Positions 1 to 8,047 of a stretch of DNA of 64,000 nucleotides are shown piece after piece. The translations under genes were made by a program, and so were the position numbers. The first letter of the stretch is position 1; each line of letters begins with the position of its first letter. Origin of the DNA: an uncultured Clostridia bacterium (lineage in GTDB: Bacteria > Bacillota > Clostridia > Christensenellales > Borkfalkiaceae); contig CANREF010000005.1 in NCBI GenBank assembly GCA_947629575.1, positions 47,886 to 111,885 of the forward strand, read 5' to 3'. The notes under the pieces are model-generated. The model was given only the letters and a program-made list of their open reading frames with translations, searched no databases and was not told the DNA's origin.

Positions 1-647
1 TCCTCGACGACGAAATCGACGAAACGGTTGCGTTCTTCGAGTTTTTGGTGGATGTTTTCGACGAGAAATTCAAATGCCGCGGGGTCGAGATATTTCAGGC
101 ACAGATCTTCGAGTTCGCACTTGATCTGGCTGATACCGAGCCGCCCCGCGATAGGAGCATAGATATCGAGCGTCTCCTGCGCCATCTTCTGCTGCCGTTC
201 GGCGGAGAGGTAGTTCAAAGAGCGCATGTTGTGGAGACGGTCGGCGAGCTTGATGATGATGACGCGGATGTCCTTCGCCATTGCGACGAAGATCTTGCGG
301 AAGTTCTCCGCCTCTTCCTCCTCCTGCGATTTGAAGACGATGCGGTCGAGCTTGGTGACCCCCGAAACGAGGGAGAGCACCTCTTCGCCGAATTCCCGCC
401 GCACGTCTTCCTCGGTGCAGGGTGTGTCTTCGATGACGTCATGAAGGAGAGCTCCGGCGATCGTCGCCGTGTCGAGCCCGAGGTCCACGAGGATCTCGGC
501 AACGGCGCAGGGGTGGATGAAGTACGGCTCGCCCGAGGCGCGCTTTTGATTTTGGTGCGCCTCCTTGGCATAGTCGTATGCATGGAGCAGCATATCCCGC
601 CCCTCGCCCGTATAATATTCGTAGATCTTCATTAAGATCGGTTCCAT
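1..647 (-). CDS. relA: bifunctional (p)ppGpp synthetase/hydrolase (RelA/SpoT family), N-terminal HD-domain part; ORF runs off the left window edge
   Basis: Absent from the ORF track because it has no stop inside the window. Manual minus-strand translation from ATG 647..645 gives MEPILMKIYEYYTGEGRDMLLHAYDYAKEAHQNQKRASGEPYFIHPCAVAEILVDLGLDTATIAGALLHDVIEDT...KLADRLHNMRSL. The HD motif and DRLHNMR motif are typical of RelA/SpoT. The gene starts 3 nt after the recJ stop. The + ORF 45..635 is its antisense shadow. Confidence 0.85.
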   Translation of the reverse strand, partial: MEPILMKIYEYYTGEGRDMLLHAYDYAKEAHQNQKRASGEPYFIHPCAVAEILVDLGLDTATIAGALLHDVIEDTPCTEEDVRREFGEEVLSLVSGVTKLDRIVFKSQEEEEAENFRKIFVAMAKDIRVIIIKLADRLHNMRSLNYLSAERQQKMAQETLDIYAPIAGRLGISQIKCELEDLCLKYLDPAAFEFLVENIHQKLEERNRFVDFVVE

Positions 648-649
648 GG

Positions 650-2953
650 TCACCTCATATCATGCAGGCGGAGCGCTGCGGAATAGATGGCGGAATTGGT
701 GAGTTCGGTCTTTGTGCCGCGGATGATCCCGAGCCTTCCCCCCTCGAGGGAAATGAGCCCGAGCTCCTCGAAGACGGCGAGCGCGAAGATGGTCTGCGCC
801 CATCCGTTTCCGCCGAGCGAGCGCGCCGCTTCCGCGTAAGACGTCCCCGTCTCGATACCCTCCGCGCGGCGAAGGGCGGTGAATTCCGCCACCATCGCCT
901 CCCGCGAGAGATCGAGCCCCGATAGCTGCGCTCCGCCGCAAATGTCCTCCGCCGCATACAGGCGGGCTTTCCCCGTCCTCTGCGGAAGAGCGGCGGGGTT
1001 TTCGAGAAAGACGATATCGCGATAGGCGGACAGATCGCAGTCAAGATCGGGCGAAAAGAGCAGCACGTTGCGCACATTTCCCGATGTGAGGCGGAAGATC
1101 TCCTTGGGAAGCCCCCCCGCCGCGGGGAAGCGTTTCAAGCTCTCCTTCTCCTGCGCGACGACGCAAAGTCCGTAAGCGCAGCCTTCATCGAGGGCGCGGA
1201 TACGGTCGTTGAGTTCCGAAGCGGGGAGCAGCTCGCAGGAAGCGGGCTTTGCCGCCAACGAACGGACAAAGTTCTCGAAGCTCTCCTCTTCGCCCCCTAT
1301 GCTGCCGTCATAGACAAGGGCGCGGATGAACCCCTTCACGCTTTCCTTCCCGCGGAAGGAGGAGAGATTGCACTCAAAGACCGCATGTTTGGGAACGTCG
1401 CTCCGCAGAAGTTTTAAGTCCGCATAGCCGCCGAAGTACATAAAATCCATTCCCGTGCCCGAGAGCGCAAGGTGGGGAGAGAAGGGTTTGATCGGGGCGG
1501 CGTTGGTGCGCCCGAGCGAAACGGAAAAGACGGGGCGTCTGTTCCCCACGCCGAAGGGCTCTAAAAGCTCGAGCTCGTGTGCGAGCGTGCGCGGGAAAGC
1601 GCCGTCGATCTCCTCGCTCACCCCGATGACGGGAATGAAGTCTTCCCGCGCGTAGTGTGCCGCGACATATTCGTCGAGCGCACGGGCGAGCGCTTCAAAG
1701 CACTCCTCTTTCACATTCACCCCCGCCGCCTGCGAATGTCCGCCGAATTCCTCGATATAGGCGGAACAGTTCCTGAGCGCTTCAAAGATGTTCACGCCGT
1801 CGATACTGCGCGCGCTCCCGCGCAGCATGTTCCCCTTGCGGACAAAGAGAATGGCGGGACGGGAATACTCCTCTGCGATGCGCGCCGCGACGATCCCGAT
1901 GAGCCCGGGATGCCAATTCTCTCCGACGAGCATCACGATATTTTTATAGGCGCCCTGTGCGGCGATCTGCGCGCGCGCAAGTTCATAGAGATCGTCGCAG
2001 AGCCGCTGGCGCTCCATGTTGTACGAATTCAGTTTCGCCGCGAGCTCCGCGATCTCCGCCCCGTCGTCCGAGGTGAACAGCCTGAGCGCGGCGCGCGCGT
2101 CCCCCATTCTGCCCGCCGCATTGACGCGCGGCGCAAGGGTAAATGCCAAAGTCTGCGCCGAAAGTTCGGTGGGCTTTCCGAGCAGCGCTTCAAAGACGGG
2201 TCTCAGCTCCGTCTGCATGAGGCGAAGCCCTTCCGCCACGATGTCGCGGTTCTCGCCCGTGAGGGGCACGCTGTCCGCCACGGTCGAGAGCGCGCAAAGG
2301 TCCAAGAGGTCGTAGGCTTCCTCGCCGATGAGCGCCACCGCCAGCTTGAGCGCGACCCCCGCGCCGCAGAGATTGTCATAGGGGTAATCGTCCTGCAATT
2401 TCGGGTTGATACAGATGCAGTCGGGCAAGCGCTCGGGCAGCTCATGGTGATCGGTGACGATGACGTATGCGCCCTGTTCCTTGATATATTCCACCTCTCT
2501 GTAGTTGGAAATACCGCAGTCCACCGTGACGATGAGGTCGGGCAGGAATTCGTCGAAGATCGCGTCGATCGCGGCGACGCTCATTCCGTAGCCCTCCTCG
2601 CGCTCGGGAACGTAGAGATACGCCTCGATGCCGAAGCGCTGCAGGGCGCGGTACAGAATGGCGCTCGCGCCGATGCCGTCCGCGTCGTAATCGCCGAAGA
2701 CCGCCACCCGCCAACCCTCTTCGCGGGCGCGGCTCAAAAGTTCATGCGCCTCTTTCATCCCGCTCATCAAGAAGGGGGAAAGAAGATTGCCGCGCGAGGG
2801 ATGTAAGAACCTTTTCACCTTTTCCCCGTCATCCAATCCGCGCGCGAAAAGGATGCCCGCCGTCGTTTCGGTGAGCCCGAATGTGCGCGCGATCTCCTCT
2901 ACGGTATGCAGTTCTTGTAGCGAAAAGTGAAATTCGCGGACGATCTTTTTCAT
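650..2953 (-). CDS. recJ: single-stranded-DNA-specific exonuclease RecJ
   Basis: ORF 650..3097 trimmed to ATG at 2953 (MKKIVREFHFSLQELH...); the in-frame part upstream overlaps secF. DHH-family motifs are visible: VFGDYDADGI, TVDCGI, VIVTDHH. 767 aa. Confidence 0.9.
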   Translation of the reverse strand: MKKIVREFHFSLQELHTVEEIARTFGLTETTAGILFARGLDDGEKVKRFLHPSRGNLLSPFLMSGMKEAHELLSRAREEGWRVAVFGDYDADGIGASAILYRALQRFGIEAYLYVPEREEGYGMSVAAIDAIFDEFLPDLIVTVDCGISNYREVEYIKEQGAYVIVTDHHELPERLPDCICINPKLQDDYPYDNLCGAGVALKLAVALIGEEAYDLLDLCALSTVADSVPLTGENRDIVAEGLRLMQTELRPVFEALLGKPTELSAQTLAFTLAPRVNAAGRMGDARAALRLFTSDDGAEIAELAAKLNSYNMERQRLCDDLYELARAQIAAQGAYKNIVMLVGENWHPGLIGIVAARIAEEYSRPAILFVRKGNMLRGSARSIDGVNIFEALRNCSAYIEEFGGHSQAAGVNVKEECFEALARALDEYVAAHYAREDFIPVIGVSEEIDGAFPRTLAHELELLEPFGVGNRRPVFSVSLGRTNAAPIKPFSPHLALSGTGMDFMYFGGYADLKLLRSDVPKHAVFECNLSSFRGKESVKGFIRALVYDGSIGGEEESFENFVRSLAAKPASCELLPASELNDRIRALDEGCAYGLCVVAQEKESLKRFPAAGGLPKEIFRLTSGNVRNVLLFSPDLDCDLSAYRDIVFLENPAALPQRTGKARLYAAEDICGGAQLSGLDLSREAMVAEFTALRRAEGIETGTSYAEAARSLGGNGWAQTIFALAVFEELGLISLEGGRLGIIRGTKTELTNSAIYSAALRLHDMR

Positions 2954-2963
2954 AGGCGACCCA

Positions 2964-2999
2964 TAAAAAACAAAAAACGGCGAGGAGTCCCCGCCGTTT
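2964..2999 (-). terminator. intrinsic terminator after secF, immediately upstream of recJ
   Basis: The minus strand reads AAACGGCG-gggactcct-CGCCGTTT followed by TTTTGTTTTTT, starting 12 nt after the secF stop. The recJ ATG lies 11 nt past the U-tract. Confidence 0.7.
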
Positions 3000-3011
3000 C
3001 GATTTGATAAA

Positions 3012-4001
3012 TTACTCTTGCGCTTCGGCTTTCTTCTTCCCGAAATAGCGCTTGCGTCTGGAACGGATACGGTCAAACTTGCTCTTGAGGGGCACATACA
3101 CCGCAGGGGCGAGCAGGAACGACGAGTAAACGCTCACCGCAAGAGGGATGAGGGCGAAGATCATGAAGAAGCGCAGTCCGCTCGTGGCGATGACGCCGAA
3201 GAGCACGAAGACCCATACGAGCGGGATGATCACCCCGAGCGCCAAGGGCAGGCTCTTGCGGACGGAAGATCCGACCGCCTCCTCGGGCGACAGAGCCGCA
3301 TAGGAAGGATCTTTGAAGTTCTCGCGCATCTTCATGCACTGTATCAGCCAAAGAATGGCGGAGAAGACGAGCGCAATGCCGACATACAGCACGGGGGCAT
3401 ATGCCGCCACGGGAATGCGCGTGAGCACGATGATGGCGAGCGAAACGCAGGTATCGTTCACGCAGGCGACGAGCCCCGCCAAAGCGCTGTCCCACCCGAA
3501 GCGGAAACCGACGTAGACGAGCGCCACGATCGCCGCGACCGCAAGCGCCACCGCACCTCTCCAGCTCGCTTCGTAAAACCGTTCGCTGTGATAGACGTGA
3601 TAGGAAACGCCGATGTCGTCCCCGATCGTCTTGGACTGCGTTTCGATCGATTCGCAAACCTTGTCGAGCACTTCATCGGAGACGGAAGCGTCGAAGACGT
3701 AGCGGAGCATGTAGTTACCGTTCTCGGAGACGTAGTTCGTCTCCATCTCGTCGTTGCGGCCGGTCTTCTCATAGGAGAGCCCGTTTTTATCGAGCGTAGC
3801 TTCCACAAGCTCGACGAGTTTCGTTTCCTGATCGTCCGCTCCCGCGACGATCGAGGTGTCGTAAGTCACTTCCAACGCCTTATGATCGGCAGTATAGTTG
3901 AAACCGAAGAGGCATCCGAGCACGATGCCGGCGATGATGAGCACTGCGGAGACGCAGACCCAGATCCAAAGTCCCTTCCCGGGATGAAAACGCTTAGTCA
4001 T
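3012..4001 (-). CDS. secF: protein translocase subunit SecF
   Basis: 329 aa multi-TM protein (MTKRFHPGKGLWIWVCVSAVLIIAGIVLG...). Its start overlaps the secD stop by 8 nt, the classic secD-secF pairing. Confidence 0.9.
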   Translation of the reverse strand: MTKRFHPGKGLWIWVCVSAVLIIAGIVLGCLFGFNYTADHKALEVTYDTSIVAGADDQETKLVELVEATLDKNGLSYEKTGRNDEMETNYVSENGNYMLRYVFDASVSDEVLDKVCESIETQSKTIGDDIGVSYHVYHSERFYEASWRGAVALAVAAIVALVYVGFRFGWDSALAGLVACVNDTCVSLAIIVLTRIPVAAYAPVLYVGIALVFSAILWLIQCMKMRENFKDPSYAALSPEEAVGSSVRKSLPLALGVIIPLVWVFVLFGVIATSGLRFFMIFALIPLAVSVYSSFLLAPAVYVPLKSKFDRIRSRRKRYFGKKKAEAQE

Positions 4002-5556
4002 CTTCTTCCACCTCCTCTCTCTTATAGTGGCAGAATTTTCCCGCGTCCTTTGAAAGGCGCATCATGACGTACCAAAGGAAACGGTTCAATGCGAGCGTGC
4101 CGATGCCCGAGAGCGCCACGCCGAAGGTGAGCGCCAAGCCGAACACGCTCAGCTCGCCGATCCCGATGAGATAGACAAGCAGGGAAACGATGAGCAGAAC
4201 AATGTGCAGATCGAAAATGTGCCAGAAGCAACGCTTGTAACCCGTCTTGACCGAGGAGTCGATGGTCTTGCCGACCGCGTACTCCTTCCGCGCATATTCA
4301 AAGGCGATCGCGTTGCTCACGGAGAGCAGGACGGAAGCGATCCCGAGGACGGCGAGCGTTCCGACGCCGATGGGAATGGGGATCGCCCAGAAGATGATCA
4401 CCATGAGGGTGAGGAAGGTGAGATAGGTATAGAGGTGCACAAATCCCAAACGGCGGTAGCGAACGAAGAAGAATACCAGCATCGCCGCGAACAAAATGCC
4501 GAAGGCAATGTACACGAGCGTGATGGTCTCCAACGTGAGCCCACCGAGGGTCAGAACGCCGAAGTTCGCGCGCGTCCTATAGAGATTGCCGAGATTCATG
4601 CCGTAGGAATTGGGATTCTTGATCGCCGTGTCGATGACGGTGGCGACGATGTTCGCCGTTTCCGAGGTATAGCTCCCGCTGATATAGAGGTCGTCGTTCA
4701 CTCTCTCGCTGACGGAGAGATTGATGACGGTGTTCCCCTCGCCCACTTGCAGGAAGAGGTAACCCGTCGTCTCCGAAGCGCCGCTCGTGGCATTCCCGAC
4801 GACTTCGCGTCCGACGTCGGTAAAGCTCACCTGCACATAGATGTTGCCCGCCGCATTGCTGTGCGAACTCACGCCCTTGATATAGTCGCTCATGGGGTTC
4901 TCGTTCACGGGAAGGATCTGCGAAGCGCTCGCCGCGTCCGAGGAAGTTCCATAGAGGAGCTTGACTTGTCCGAGATAGGAATAATAGATGACTGCCGCGA
5001 CCGATTCGGTCATGGACGCGGGCAGGCTCACGCGGACGCAGATGTTATCGCAAACTTCGAGCTGTAGATTTTCCGCATGAAGTCCCTCGAAGCGTTTCTT
5101 GAGCGTTTCGAGACGGACCTCGCAGGAAGAGAGGAACTCCTCTGTGGGAGTTTCCCCGCCGTCGCAGACGGTATCTTTCTCGAGATAAAGTCTGCCGTTC
5201 ACATCCTTATAGGGCGTATACTTTTCAACGTATTCGGTCTGTTCTTCGCCCTCTTTCGCGTCGCGGTTCTCGATGAATTCCTGTTCGCTGATCACGCCGT
5301 CCGGATAATAGACGATGGAAAAGCTACCGCCGAGATAGTCCGCCCCATCGCCGTACTGATAACCGCCGAGGTCTGCGCTCTTCTCCGTCCAGTTGATGAT
5401 GGGGTTGAAGAATTGGAAGGGAACGCTTTCCGACGTTCCGTCCTCCTTTGCTTCCTCGACCCAGCCGACGGGGAAAGGCACAAAACACACAAAGCATAAA
5501 ACGGCGATGATCACAGTGATCAGGGAAAATACGATCGCCGATTTTATCTTACCCAT
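3994..5556 (-). CDS. secD: protein translocase subunit SecD
   Basis: ORF 3994..5619 trimmed to ATG 5556 (MGKIKSAIVFSLITVIIAVLCF), preceded by AGGAGGC. It has a large extracytoplasmic loop followed by a C-terminal TM bundle (…GYKRCFWHIFDLHIVLLIVS…). Confidence 0.9.
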   Translation of the reverse strand: MGKIKSAIVFSLITVIIAVLCFVCFVPFPVGWVEEAKEDGTSESVPFQFFNPIINWTEKSADLGGYQYGDGADYLGGSFSIVYYPDGVISEQEFIENRDAKEGEEQTEYVEKYTPYKDVNGRLYLEKDTVCDGGETPTEEFLSSCEVRLETLKKRFEGLHAENLQLEVCDNICVRVSLPASMTESVAAVIYYSYLGQVKLLYGTSSDAASASQILPVNENPMSDYIKGVSSHSNAAGNIYVQVSFTDVGREVVGNATSGASETTGYLFLQVGEGNTVINLSVSERVNDDLYISGSYTSETANIVATVIDTAIKNPNSYGMNLGNLYRTRANFGVLTLGGLTLETITLVYIAFGILFAAMLVFFFVRYRRLGFVHLYTYLTFLTLMVIIFWAIPIPIGVGTLAVLGIASVLLSVSNAIAFEYARKEYAVGKTIDSSVKTGYKRCFWHIFDLHIVLLIVSLLVYLIGIGELSVFGLALTFGVALSGIGTLALNRFLWYVMMRLSKDAGKFCHYKREEVEEDD

Positions 5557-5621
5557 TGTTGCCTCCTGTACAAAAGAAATCTTCCGTAAAAATATACAAT
5601 CGGAAAATTCGGTCTTCAATC

Positions 5622-5650
5622 ATTATAACTTTTTTGCGATGATACGTCAA
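5622..5650 (-). promoter_or_regulatory. sigma-A type promoter for secDF
   Basis: Minus strand: TTGACG, a 17-nt spacer, then TATAAT, about 65 nt upstream of the secD ATG. Confidence 0.55.
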
Positions 5651-5677
5651 GCCGAAATGCAGTGCTTTTTTGTTTTT

Positions 5678-6976
5678 TTAGCAATTTTCTCTCGACTTGC
5701 GCGCCGCAAGAATGTGCATCGCGCATTCGATCCGCTTTTTCATCATGGCGCAGGTCATCTCGTAAGGGGTATTCACGTCCCCGCAGTAGATGTAGTTATT
5801 CGCGCTGCACCCGCCCGAGCAGATGAATTTCGCAAAGCAATCTCCGCACTTTTTCCGCGTGAACAGACAATTCTCCGCGAATAGCTTGCGAATGTTTTCA
5901 TCGAGCTTCCCCTCGGACACATTGCCCATCTTCCACTTTTCGTCCCCCACGAAGCGGTGGCAGGGATAGATGTCCCCGTTCGGCACGACGGAGAAATATT
6001 CGTTCCCCGCGCCGCACGCCGACACCCTCTTGGAAAGGCAGGGCCCGCCCTCGAGGTCGATATTGAAGTGGAAGAAGTTGAAGCCCTCGCCCCGCTCTTC
6101 CCGCTTGATGTACTCCTCGCAGAGACGCTCGTACTCCTTTTCGATCGCGGGCAGATGCTCCTCTCTGATCTCGAGGTCGGGAATGTCGGTGACGACGGGT
6201 TCCATGGAGATGCTGTCGAAGCCCTCGTCGGCGAGGAAGAGCACATCGCTTGCAAAGTCGAGATTTTTCGCCGTGAACGTCCCGCGGACGTAGTAGTGCT
6301 TGTCCCCGCGGCTTTTCACAAATTTTTTGATCTTGCCGATGACGGCGGCATAGCTCCCCTTGCCCGAGACCGTCTTGCGCACGGCGTCGTGCACTTCGGG
6401 CCTTCCGTCGAGGGAGAGGACGACGTTCTCCATCTCCTCATTGAAGAAGGCGATGGTCTCGTCGTCGAGCAAAAGTCCGTTGGTCGTGGTCGTGAAGAGG
6501 AATTTCTTCCCCCGCTTCGCCCCCTCTTCCTTGGCGTAGTAGACCGTCTGTTTTACGACGTCGAGGTTCATGAGCGGTTCGCCGCCGAAAAAGTCCGCTT
6601 CGAGCACGCGGCGGTTTCCGCTCTTTTCGATGAGAAAGTCGATGGCTTTTTTCGCCGTCTCGAAGCTCATCACCTCGCGGGCGGCGTGGTACGCACCCTC
6701 GTCCGCAAAACAGTACTTACAGCGCAAATTGCAGTCGTGGCTGACGTGCAGACAGAGCGCCTTCACCTCGTTGCTCTTGACGGGGCGGGCAGAAGTTTCC
6801 TCTTTGAAGAGAAGCCCCTGCTCCTTGAGATCGGCGATCTCCGAAAGCTCTTCATCCGTCATGGGAACGGGCTCGCCGCCGAGGTAGCGGGCGGTCTTTT
6901 CGTCGCACTCATGCAGAGCGCCGCTTCCCGTGTCGTATACGTAAAAGTGATCGTGATATGTAAAGATGTGCAGCAT
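5678..6976 (-). CDS. scfB: radical SAM/SPASM thioether-forming maturase of the SCIFF peptide
   Basis: 432 aa. It has the CNLRCKYC radical-SAM cluster motif and a Cys-rich SPASM C-terminus (CGAGNEYFSV…CHRF…CGDCFAKFICSGGCSANN). It lies directly downstream of a SCIFF precursor gene. Confidence 0.88.
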   Translation of the reverse strand: MLHIFTYHDHFYVYDTGSGALHECDEKTARYLGGEPVPMTDEELSEIADLKEQGLLFKEETSARPVKSNEVKALCLHVSHDCNLRCKYCFADEGAYHAAREVMSFETAKKAIDFLIEKSGNRRVLEADFFGGEPLMNLDVVKQTVYYAKEEGAKRGKKFLFTTTTNGLLLDDETIAFFNEEMENVVLSLDGRPEVHDAVRKTVSGKGSYAAVIGKIKKFVKSRGDKHYYVRGTFTAKNLDFASDVLFLADEGFDSISMEPVVTDIPDLEIREEHLPAIEKEYERLCEEYIKREERGEGFNFFHFNIDLEGGPCLSKRVSACGAGNEYFSVVPNGDIYPCHRFVGDEKWKMGNVSEGKLDENIRKLFAENCLFTRKKCGDCFAKFICSGGCSANNYIYCGDVNTPYEMTCAMMKKRIECAMHILAARKSRENC

Positions 6977-7001
6977 TTGAAAAGTTGTTATAACGGAATC
7001 G

Positions 7002-7027
7002 GGGGAGCAACGAAATCGCTGCTCCCC
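7002..7027 (-). promoter_or_regulatory. intercistronic stem-loop between scfA and scfB
   Basis: GGGGAGCA-acgaaatcgc-TGCTCCCC, with an inner CGA/TCG pairing, lies in the 70-nt scfA-scfB spacer. No U-tract follows it. Confidence 0.5.
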
Positions 7028-7046
7028 GAAAGTTGGCGGATAAAAC

Positions 7047-7199
7047 TTACTTCTTCTCGATTTTTTGCTCTCTCGTGATGCGCTCGCAGGATTGATTCCC
7101 GACCGTGCAGCTCGTCTTGCAGGCGGATTGGCAGGTGCTTCTGCACTCGCCGCAGCCGGTCACTTTCTTCTCTGCGGGTTTTGCAATCGTCTTGATCAT
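7047..7199 (-). CDS. scfA: SCIFF (six-cysteines-in-forty-five) ribosomal peptide precursor
   Basis: ORF 7047..7337 trimmed to ATG 7199. The 50-aa product is MIKTIAKPAEKKVTGCGECRSTCQSACKTSCTVGNQSCERITREQKIEKK, which carries the hallmark GCGEC…SCQSACKTSCTVGNQ.C core with six Cys. A GGGAGA SD lies upstream. Confidence 0.9.
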   Translation of the reverse strand: MIKTIAKPAEKKVTGCGECRSTCQSACKTSCTVGNQSCERITREQKIEKK

Positions 7200-7226
7200 G
7201 ATAATTTCTCCCGTTGGTTTTTTCCC

Positions 7227-7255
7227 ATTATACACCCGCGCGGGAAAAATAGCAA
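7227..7255 (-). promoter_or_regulatory. sigma-A type promoter for scfA
   Basis: Minus strand: TTGCTA, a 17-nt spacer, then TATAAT, about 28 nt upstream of the scfA ATG. Confidence 0.55.
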
Positions 7256-7263
7256 GTGTTTTT

Positions 7264-7638
7264 CTATTCTTTCCGCAATTTTGCCCCCAAAAGCGCGCCA
7301 AACCCGCCGAAGAGGAGGGAGAGGAGCAGATCCGCAAGCCAAAGGACGGAGAAACGAAATCCGCCGATGATCCCGAAGATGAGGGTGGTGAGAAGCAGGG
7401 ACAGAACGCCCGCCGCCGCCCCTTTGAAGAGCGCGCGGTCTCGCCTCACAAAAAACAGCGAAGAGAGAAAAACTCCCGCAGAGAGAATGATCCTGTCGAT
7501 GATGGCAATGGTCGTATCGGACGGGGCGAACGCGCGCACGAACACCGCAAACAGCGCCGCCGCAAACAGGCAAAAGACGGTCGCCATGAGAACGGCAAAC
7601 AGCGTCTCCCTGACGGCGCGTTTCCAAAAGTTTTCCAT
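7264..7638 (-). CDS. small four-TM membrane protein (position and size match the TIGR04086-type protein usually found beside SCIFF/yajC)
   Basis: 124 aa, ATG at 7638. Four hydrophobic segments (…FAVLMATVFCLFAAALFAVFV…, …LLTTLIFGIIGGF…). Function unknown. Confidence 0.65.
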   Translation of the reverse strand: MENFWKRAVRETLFAVLMATVFCLFAAALFAVFVRAFAPSDTTIAIIDRIILSAGVFLSSLFFVRRDRALFKGAAAGVLSLLLTTLIFGIIGGFRFSVLWLADLLLSLLFGGFGALLGAKLRKE

Positions 7639-7878
7639 AGAATACCTCCGTATGTCTATGGATATGCCTCACCGTTTTGAAAAATGCCTCATCATCCCCA
7701 TTTGTGAGTGTGGGGCGTCCCTCGCGCCCAAGCGTCATGTTGAGCGGGGAAAGCAATTACGCAGTCCGTTCATGCTCTCCCCGAAGCATCTATTGTCCCC
7801 GCGAGATTCTTCGAGGACAACTCTCGGTTTTCATGTAACATTGTTACCTCAGAATGACGCGGGGAACGCCGAGTGCCC

Positions 7879-8000
7879 TTGCTGCCCCTTTAGGGGAAGT
7901 ACCCGAGCGAAGCGAGGGGGAAAGGGTTTAGCAAGCTCGTGGAAAAACCCCTCAGTCTCGCTCCGCTCGACAGCTCCCCTGCAAGGGGAGCTGTCGAGCG
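7879..8000. repeat. structured intergenic repeat, copy A (four stem-loops)
   Basis: ttgctgCCCCTttAGGGG…gaGCGAAGCga…GGGTTT…AAACCC…GCTCCCCTgcaAGGGGAGC. It aligns over ~113 nt with 13996..14113. In this copy the last hairpin is extended to a perfect 17-bp stem (7964..7980 with 7984..8000). Confidence 0.8.
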
Positions 8001-8017
8001 CGGGTGGGCAGAGAAAT

Positions 8018-8041
8018 AAGCGCTCCCCGAGGGGAGCGCTT
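8018..8041 (-). terminator. putative terminator hairpin after yajC
   Basis: AAGCGCTCCCC-ga-GGGGAGCGCTT lies 6 nt after the yajC stop. The trailing U-tract is weak (ATTTCTC). Confidence 0.45.
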
Positions 8042-8047
8042 GTACAT

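Noticed and set aside
45-635. 196-aa plus-strand ORF at the left edge
   Set aside because: It is the antisense shadow of the minus-strand relA/spoT HD-domain coding sequence. The relA frame is open to the window edge and carries clear family motifs, while the plus-strand product is low-complexity with no recognisable motif.
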